From Azolla caroliniana (Eukaryota; Plantae; Polypodiophyta): a DNA stretch of 16,708 nucleotides. A program made the position numbers and the translations under genes. Below, piece by piece: positions 1 through 8,800 of this stretch; position 1 is the stretch's first letter, and each line of letters starts with the position of its first letter. The notes under the pieces were generated by a model, which worked only from the letters and a program-made list of their open reading frames with translations, made no database searches and was not told where the DNA came from. The stretch is taken from contig JBHGNT010000727.1 in the NCBI GenBank assembly GCA_043228905.1, positions 1 through 16,708 on the forward strand, read 5' to 3'.

Positions 1-1754
1 AACTAATGCCAAAAATGTTTGAAACTTGTCGAGCACTTCATCATTGCTACAAATAGGGTAAACCCATACCTTCCGTGTAGCATCATCGACAAAAGTGACT
101 AAGTATTTCTTTCCCCCTAATGATAGCCCTGGCATCTGACATACATCTGAATGTACAAACTCAAGCGGGGACGACTTCAGCAAAATAGACTTTTTATGAG
201 ATGTTTGTACATGTTTACCATAAATGCAATGATCACAATGTTCAAAATCAGCATAACGAAGACATGGCAAGTAACCCAAACAAGAAAGTACTTTCATACC
301 AGTTTCACTCATGTGTCCCAACCGGCCATGCCACAAAGAAACACTAGGCTGCTCGGTTATGGCAACAACATGGTCACTCACACTAGATACATGGAGAGGA
401 TACAAAGTATCACTTTTACTACCCTTGGCAATAACTCTAGATCCCTTACAAATCTTCCATTTCCCATCACCAAAGGTTGTGTGAAATCCATCATCATCTA
501 GCTGTCCTGTGCTAATCAAGCTCTTCTTGAGCTGAGGTACATGTCGTACAGTGTGAAAGCAGACCCATGCTGAAACTGTAATTGCACAGTGCCAATACCT
601 GCAATTTCACATGCATAGTTGTCCCCAAGATGGACAACACCATGTCAACCACATGTGTAATCTGAAAACCACTCATGATGAGGAGTGACGTGAAAAGAAG
701 CACCGGAATCGAGTATCCAAGTGTGCATGTCACCATCCGTATCCCCCTGTGCAATCTGAAAACCACTCATGATGAGGAGTGACGTGAAAAGAAGCACCAG
801 AATTGAGTATCCAAGTGTGCATGTCACCATCCGTATCTGCAAGGAAAGCATGATCTCTATGGCATCATGAAACAAAGAGTACATCATTTCCACTATCACT
901 ATCATGAGTGACTACATTCACCTCTTCAATTTTAGTATTGCCTTTCCTCGGTTGAATCTCTCTCTTTTCTTCTATGAAATCATCTATCTTCTTGCCCTTT
1001 CCTTTCTCTTTCTTCCATTTGAAACAATCACGTTTAAAGTGTACCCTTTTTGCCACAGTGATGGCATTCTACATCTTTACCACGTGATTTATTACGGCCA
1101 TAACTATCAGATTTGCCTCTTTGTTGTGACCTACCCCTCATATGCAACGCACTAGAGGACTTATTGGATGCATTATTTTGCAGACTCATCTCTTCCATGA
1201 GTAGAGAACTCTCTACATCGGCATAAAGAAGCATCGCATTTGAATTGCTCATAACAGTCCTGAAAGTAGCCCAAATTTCTGGCAAGGTGCAAAGTAAAAA
1301 CGTGGCCTTAAACTCATCATCAATGATGAATTTTAAGGCAACCAATTGGCTGAAAATGGAATTGAACTCACTCAGGTGAATTGACATGGGTGTGCCCTCT
1401 GTCATACACAAATCCATAAGTTTCTTAAGCCAATAAACTTTGGTAGTTGCCGTCTTTTGGGCATACAATTCCTCTAGTCTAATCCATATAGAATAGGTGG
1501 AGTCCAAACCTTCGATATTAAAAAGCAAAGCATCAAAAATCGACAACTCAATAGTCGAGCGCGCAAGCTCATTCAACTCTTGCCAATCATCTTCATCCAT
1601 ATCTGTAGGCTTTACCCCTTTGACCTTAATAGGCTTTGCATGCTTCTTCTGTAGCAGGATGTTGTAGCATTGCTTTTTTCCAAACCGCGAAGTTATGTGC
1701 ACCCTCAAGCTTCTTGATGTGCATAAGGTGGCTACTATCACTACTGCTAGTCAT
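1..1754 (-). pseudogene. Copia gag-pol polyprotein, disrupted
   Basis: ATG at 1754 gives MTSSSDSSHLMHIKKLEGAHNFAVWKK, then a +1 frameshift in the A-run (~1674-1679) into the gag body (ORF 1034..1741). The CX2CX4HX4C knuckle CHHCGKKG/HFKRDC is broken by a +1 base at ~1042, and there is a stop at ~865. The protease motif WILDSGAS is duplicated. The integrase has HHCC (LWHGRLGH...CDHC) and VHSDV...FVDD, open to the window edge. Confidence 0.92.
654..837. repeat. Tandem duplication, 2 x 90 bp (654-743, 748-837; period 94), within the copia protease
   Basis: Direct by-eye alignment shows 3 mismatches in 90 bp. Confidence 0.95.
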
Positions 1755-1783
1755 GGTTTCTTAGCCAAAACGGAAGACCAAAC

Positions 1784-1923
1784 CTGCTCTGCAGAAAACG
1801 TGACCTGCTCTGCAAAAACCCTAAATTCTGCTCTGCAAAAAACCCTAATCTCTGCTCTGTAGAAAACCTTAAACTCTGCTCTACAGAAAACTCGAAACTT
1901 TTCTCTGCATAAAACCCTAAACC
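1784..1923. repeat. Six 21-24 bp tandem units in the copia 5' leader (consensus CTGCTCTGCAGAAAACCCTAAACT)
   Basis: Units start at 1784, 1805, 1828, 1852, 1876 and 1900. Confidence 0.9.
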
Positions 1924-1925
1924 CT

Positions 1926-1937
1926 GCTCTGATACCA
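1926..1937 (-). promoter_or_regulatory. Primer-binding site complementary to initiator tRNA-Met
   Basis: TGGTATCAGAGC on the minus strand, following LTR ...CA + AAT. Confidence 0.95.
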
Positions 1938-1940
1938 ATT

Positions 1941-2149
1941 TGAAGGCAGCACGAGGATTAGGGTTTAGGTCAAAAACAGAGAGGGAGAGAGTCTGAGTGA
2001 GAGAGAGAGAGATGCACTCTGTCTTGGGTACAAAGAGTGTACCTCTTTTTTGGTTTTTAGATATTATGTATATACAAGTCAAAAGTGTGCTACGAGTGCG
2101 TTCACACTTGTGCACTAATAAAAGGCACGATGGCCCTTTATTCCCAACA
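1941..2149 (-). repeat. 5' LTR (209 bp) of the copia element
   Basis: Minus strand reads TGTTGGGAAT...CCTTCA and ends 3 nt before the PBS. It has an internal TATATA and a CT-rich tract. The outer boundary is inferred from TGTTG only, since the 3' LTR is not in the window. Confidence 0.75.
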
Positions 2150-2814
2150 TCTCCTCTCATATAGCTATTTTATCCATCCACTATGTGAGAACTAAACATC
2201 TCGTTTTCATAACTACAGCTTGAGGGTTATTAACCAACGTAGCCTGCCCAGATCTTGTTTTACTCTTGAAGTCGGTGCATACACAGTAGCAAGGTTGACC
2301 GTTGTTATCATAGTGCAACTACATAGCTCGCATGTATTAGAAGTCAGACACCATTTATTGATGCAGAAAGGAGGAAGACAAAGAGAAGAAGAATATTGGT
2401 AGCTCTCTCATGAATAAAAGCTCAATAGGTTCAACTTTGCAAGTTGGAGATGCAAGAAGAAAAATGGAGACCACAAGTCTTCTATGAGGTCAGTCTCTCC
2501 CCCTCAATTACAGTCATTTTGGCATCTCTATGGACACTAAAAAATATCTTATTTAATTATGTACAAAAGCATTCAATTGCTTAGGAACATTACCTATGAT
2601 GAGAATTATGAGATTTGGTAGCTTGATTAGTTATAATTAATAACAATGAACACCTAAACTTCTCTTGGTATGGTGGTCTTATGTTCCTATTTTTCATAAT
2701 TGTCAACTATTTGATTGAGACCCTAACCCTTGCCATAAACACTTCATCTCACACTACCTCCCAATTCCACAATTCTAATTATTTGATTATGATGGGCAAT
2801 ATAAAATTACAAAC

Positions 2815-2899
2815 CTTTGGAGATTAAGTCATGCCATTTATAATTGATTTCTCCTGAATATGATGTTATCGAATTTGTGGCACCCACAAGTGGCTTTAT
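2815..2899 (-). CDS. CalS: Callose synthase exon: IKPLVGATNSITSYSGEINYKWHDLISK
   Basis: ccacAG acceptor, G|GTTTGT donor; IKPLV...YxWHD motif. Confidence 0.93.
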
Positions 2900-5800
2900 C
2901 TGTGGCAACAAGTTGAATTTGTATTAATGAGATTTTAAGCCCATAGAAATATTTGACAGTGAAACTTCCAAACAATCACCAAACTGAAGACAGTATCCAA
3001 GATTAATGAGATGTCAAGTCTACAGAAATATTTAGCACTGGCAAGTGTCAAGATTAAACACCAACCTGAAGAAAATAGCTAAAGGTGAATTTGGAGACAA
3101 GCACCAACACCCAAAATAAGACATATCTGTTAAAAACAACAGGCATTAGTGATCACTTATAACATGTCTACTGATAAGAAAACCAGAAAAACTAATTTAT
3201 GTTCTCTGTTTTATTCTTAGAAATATTATTTCGAGGGGAGAACAACCTCATATTTTATTATGAGGCTAGATTGTTATTATATGTGATATATTTAGAAACT
3301 GTTGCAGCAGCAAGAGAGAAGGTCAAAAAGGTTTGCGACCAGATTTGGAGTAATAGAAATTTGGATTACAACTCTACTGCAAGAAGAATCTGAACGTTTA
3401 CTAGAAAACAATCTAGGAGCTCAGACATAATATCATAATGCACCACATATCAGTTAACAGTCAACAGCATTCTTGAGGAATAATTGCTGCCTTTCCTATA
3501 TACATTGCCTTAGAAGCATGAGGACCTCTCATGCAATACCGATTGAAATCCTCAACCTATTCTACCCTCGATGACAATGCTACCAGTTTTCTAATGTAGG
3601 ATTATTTAGATTACATTATAATGGCAAATACTTCTCTTGGCACAAGTTTGGTACATAAGTGGTTCATTGTAATTTTGTTCTGAAACCCATTCTCATAAGG
3701 GAAATAAAACAGAAATCAATAACTTGAACCATATTTTATTTCACTTTATTCCCCAAAAAGACTCTAGGGAACCAACAGGTCACCTTCAATTTTGAAACTT
3801 ATTTGTCCAGGTGCATTCAAAGTATATTGCCAGCTTTCAGCAGTCTATCTTGTTCAATATGGAAATTTCAAACTTCTTGGTTCATGTTGAGTTTTTGAGA
3901 TAACTCCAGTAAGATGTTTCTTCACTTTCAAGAAGTGAAAGGAAGGAAAAGGGATTGTGCAGGGAAACATAAAAAGTTCAAATGTTTAGTAGCCATTATT
4001 CAAGCCAGAACAACTAGATTTAGCTCATTCAAAACAAGACAGTTGTAGCACTTTAGAACTATGATACCAAAAAGGGGGCAAACTGACAACACACCTCAAT
4101 GTTGGCCTTAAGTATGCTGTAGACTATCTATATATTTATGATGAGAAATAATTAAGGTATGGATGATTTAGTCTCGTATGTCATTTTGGCCCTTCATAGA
4201 CGATGATCCATCTTGCTTTAAATCTTTCTTTGTGGAAAAATGGGTTGAGAACTTAATCCCTTGCAACTTAGATGAGAATAGGTCATAATTCATGCTCTAC
4301 TGTTTTATCAGGTCTCTAAATTACTTGTAGATTCTAGTTCACATTGTTCCTGTTTATGAACCGAGCTTGGGCCATGTCCTTGGTTCTTATCCCACAAGAA
4401 TAAAATATAGGTGAGTGTCAAAGAGGCATTCAAAGTATAACTAAGGAGCTAGAACTTTGTTGAAATATTCATTAATCAATGCAGATGAGGACAGATATAT
4501 AAACAAAAATTCATGAGAGAGGTAGTACGCAGTTTCTAAAAACTATAATTGACCACCTAGCTCAGAATCAAGTAATGTGACCTAATGATCACATAGTCTA
4601 AAACAAACTATGTGAAAAAGGTATATTGAATATTCCAACTCAGAATCAACATCCAAGTTTCAAGTCACAATCGGCAAGGGTTTGGTTTGAACCGAACCGA
4701 ACCACGAAACCACTGTTTAACGGTTTCAACGGTTCGGTTCGGTTTCGGTTTAGTTTCAACAATCAAAAACCGCAGTTTAAATGGTTTAATGGTTTTTATT
4801 TTTATTTTTATTAAAAAAAAAAATTAATTCTAAAAAAAATTTAAACAATCTTTTCATTTTTACACCTTATTCTCACATTTTAGGAACATCTTAAAAATTT
4901 TAAAAATTCTAAATAATGAAATATTATAAATTTTAAAAAATAATAAATTTGACCTATGTTGAAAACCGAAACCGAACCACGAAACCACAGTTTTTACGGT
5001 TTGAAAAATGTTTTAACAGTTCAGTTTAACAGTTTCGCGGTTTGGTTCAGGTTTCAAACAATTTAAACGGTTCGGTTTGGACCCTCTCAAACCGAACCAA
5101 ACCATTGCCGATTGTTAGTTTCAAGTAGCATAGTAAAGGAACAACCTGATGTAATCACTTGGCCTTTCATACAACCCACGTCCAACAAAATAGCGTTCCT
5201 GGGAAACATAGGTAAATAGAATATCATCATACATTAAGAGATATCATCTTAATGCCTACAAAAGATACATTTGACCTTGATCAATGTGACATACCTGAAA
5301 AAGCCATTTTAACGCTTCCATAACTCTGAACCTATCACTTCCCTCAGACCATTCTCTCAACAAGGGAATGTGTAGAATCAGACTTACAAAAAGCTGGACA
5401 GCTGCATATACACCTAGCACTAGCAGGTATATATGGAAGAATGCATTTTCGCCCAGCATCATCTTCCTAAAAATTCAGCAGACATTTTCAAAAGGATGTC
5501 ATAGAATTTTACAATTATTTGTCCCGGAATTTTTCGAAGTTAAAATCTTTCACTTTAAACTCTGTAGCCAGATTGCAAGGGATGTTTCCCTCTATGTACT
5601 TAACGGGTTCACTTTATAATGCTATCTTAAAGATAAGAAATCCTTCAAAAGATCATTTCAGCATAAGACCACCAAAACAATGTTATGCAGATTATCACTG
5701 AATGAGGTTAACTTTAGCAATTGGATTAAATGTTGCCACGGCATATATTGCTATTAGAAAACAACTTTTATAACGATTGACATATCTACTGAAATTTTAT

Positions 5801-8800
5801 GCAAGATTAATGAAAAAATACTTCCATTATACCAATAAATTCTATTAATTATGTTACAACTCAGACATAGTGGTACTATAAGACTTGAATAGGAAACATA
5901 AAAGAATTATACTAATTTCAATAGGACATACATTATCATTTATCGTAAGTTGTAAGAGTTAAAAGATGAATTTACACAATAAGATTATCTCGGGTATAAT
6001 AACTTACAAATATAAGTAAAATGAACCGCCTGTGCATCCTCCGAAAAAAATCAGTTGTACAAATATTCGATTCATTGCATTTTTCCGTGAACTTCTATAG
6101 GCTCCTACCATCAGTATTACATCAAGCACAGCTGAACATTCACAGAAATGACAGTTATGTTACTATCCGAAAATATACTAGCACTAGCCTATTTTTCATA
6201 ATGTTAGTGAAGGGATAAACAAAGTCAGAAGGACGCAGATATTTGAGAATTTAAGAAATTGAGAGTTTCAATAAGATAAGTCAGTGAATCTATATGTAAT
6301 AACTTGTGAGGACTTCCCAAGTCTCAAGTGAAAAGGTAATGTTTTAATACTATGCTTCATCATTTAATATCTAACTTTTATTCACAGTTTTTAAACTGGA
6401 AAAAAAGGAATAACTGAGATCTCTTAATTGTTATTTTAAAGATATCTATCACTGAGCAAGGTAATGGAATATGAGGACCAACGGTGCCTAGGACTTTTCT
6501 TGCTACAGCTGAAGAGACATCGGGAAAAGTTGTTGAAGAATACAGCCACACAAGCTCATCCACAAGGAACAATCACAACTTTCTTTAGCCCCATCACTCC
6601 TACTGATTCTACAAGTCAATCAAGGGATACACAAATGGGCTCCCGACCAGGACATAACAAAGGGGTTACAATTGATTGGGCAATAGCAATTTGCTGTGCA
6701 CGGGGGCCCCAACCTCAACACCCTTGTCATCGACAGATAAAAGCCATTATCTCCCGCCATCGCAGGTGCTTCCCTCACTTCGGAGACCTTTCCATTCTGG
6801 ATCGACCTATGCTAGAGATCTTTCGAAGTCAAAAGTTACAATACATCTAACTTGAGACTCTCACATGTGCCGAAAACCAGTTTCCCTCATCTCTTTTTAT
6901 CTCATTTACTTCTATATTTATGGAATAATATTTATTTTATTTTGATTTGTTGTTCTCAAAGACGAGACAACACTTAAGATGTAATCTCTTGTTTGGTCTT
7001 ATAGGCCATTTTGGCCTCTTAAAAGACGTTAATATATCTTTCTTTCTTTCTTCTTTCTGCTCCTCTCTATATAAGCCATTTTGGCCTCTTCAAAGATGTT
7101 AATATTTCTTTCTTTCTTTCTTTCTTTCTATAACTTAAGTTCCGGCTATGATTGGAGGGTCTCTAACGACCATGCCACTTTGTTGAAACCAATCCTCCAC
7201 TTATGCATACCAACAACGCCAACACATACAAACATGAGAAATTTATCTTCCCAATGTTTCCCACCTTCGGCACGCCACATCACGACATCATTGCATAAAT
7301 TCTCATTGTCATCAATTATTTCATACTCCTGACATGTTTGGAAACTGCAAAGGAATAAAGGGAGATAGACTTCAAACTTGCCAGACAAAGTCCAAATATC
7401 TGGGTGCAGGTTTGAAGAATACATAACTGTTAGTATTGTTCATGTGGATGTTTCAGTAACACAGTTTATATTAATTGTACAAAAACCACAAGAAATGCAA
7501 GTTGGCACCCAATCCTTATGGTTATAAAGTAGTATATACAAGTACCACATCTGTAGTATCTCATTTAATGCTGAGAGGAGCCGTGTGAAATGAATCAACA
7601 CAGGGGAGTGTACCCCACAGTGTGTTTAGAACAACAATAAAATAAAAGTCGATAATGCCCCCGATAAGCAAGCAAAGTCATTTTCTTTCCTTTGCTGCAC
7701 TCGGTGAAATTATGGAATCGTCCCACTAATGACCCACACCCTATGCTAGGGCAAGGGTTGCCAATGTGGAATGAACCTCACAACTGAGAATGTGTGAGTG
7801 GCACATCTTCTAGATAAATCATAACCTCATAATGCCTATGCTGGTCATCTCTCTCCTCAGAAGGCATCATATCAATGTGCCTTGAGTGTCCTATAGCAGT
7901 GGGCATAGAGGCCATCTATGACAAAGGCACCCTCATAATGTACACTGGTTTCTAGCCATGTCACTGAATGCTATGGCATCCTCAATCATCTCATGCATCA
8001 ACATGAGTACACTGTAATGCCAAGCATAAAAGACAATGCCATCCCATAATCTACTCATGGTTCATAGCCATGTCACTAGATGCTATAGAATCCTTAATCA
8101 TCTCATTCACAGCAAAATATAAGTGAAGATTCATACTAGATACCAATGTGGAATGAACCTCACAACTGAGAATGTCTTCTAGGGCCCTCATAACCTCATA
8201 ATGTTTAGGCTGGTCATCTCTCTCCTTATATCACTTAGAATGAAGATGGATTCATCATCAGGCCACCTTATATAGACATCAATCTGTCCAATGTGATGTG
8301 CAGTGTGATAGGGCCGGGCCCACTACAAGACACTTTTACACACATCTGACGATGGATTCATCATGAGGCCACCTTATATGGACATGCATATGTCCTATGC
8401 GTTGCGCAATGTGATAGAGCAGCTGTGAACTTCATCACATCCGTTAGAGATTGAGGTAGGCAGATATACACATACCTATAGATGAAAGAATTTGCCAATT
8501 GTGTCATCAAGGAGTGGAATCTGAAGAACACTATGTTTGTCACTGTAGAGTCTTTTATGAAATCAGAGGGAGATACCATTGCCTCTTTAAACAAGGCTTA
8601 GGCCCGCTACACAAGGTTATGGAATATGAGGATCAACGGTGCCTAGGAATTTTCTCATTAGAACTCAAGAGACATAGGGAAAAGTTGTTGAAGGAAATTC
8701 GTACAGCCACACAAGCTCACCCACAAAGAACAATCACAACTTTCTTTAGCCCTATCACTCCTAATGCTACAAGTCAATCAAGGGATGCACAAATGGGCTC

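Larger units (their letters stand above)
1..2149 (-). mobile_element. Ty1/copia LTR retrotransposon, 5' part, decayed; same orientation as CalS and apparently inside its intron
   Basis: Order LTR-PBS-gag-zinc knuckle-protease-integrase, with integrase directly after protease as in copia. The element continues past position 1. Confidence 0.95.

Noticed and set aside
151-1155. Plus-strand ORFs 151..501 and 904..1155
   Set aside because: They are antisense shadows of the copia gag-pol sequence.
1911-1970. Interstitial telomere
   Set aside because: Only 1-2 TTTAGGG units at a time, all within the retrotransposon LTR and leader.
1747-2160. 137-aa minus-strand ORF with EQxLxF repeats
   Set aside because: It is simply the translation of the LTR, PBS and 24-bp leader repeats; there is no evidence of coding function.
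2215-2360. Minus-strand NLATVYAPT resembling a LINE endonuclease motif or the next CalS exon
   Set aside because: Only a short motif, without supporting flanking residues or suitable splice sites; indistinguishable from chance.
4626-4814. 62-aa plus-strand ORF
   Set aside because: It reads through MITE subterminal repeats and is non-coding.
7146-7424. 92-aa minus-strand ORF, possibly a decayed retroelement fragment
   Set aside because: No recognisable domain, and it is not needed for the CalS frame because exons 8974 and 6131 join in phase.
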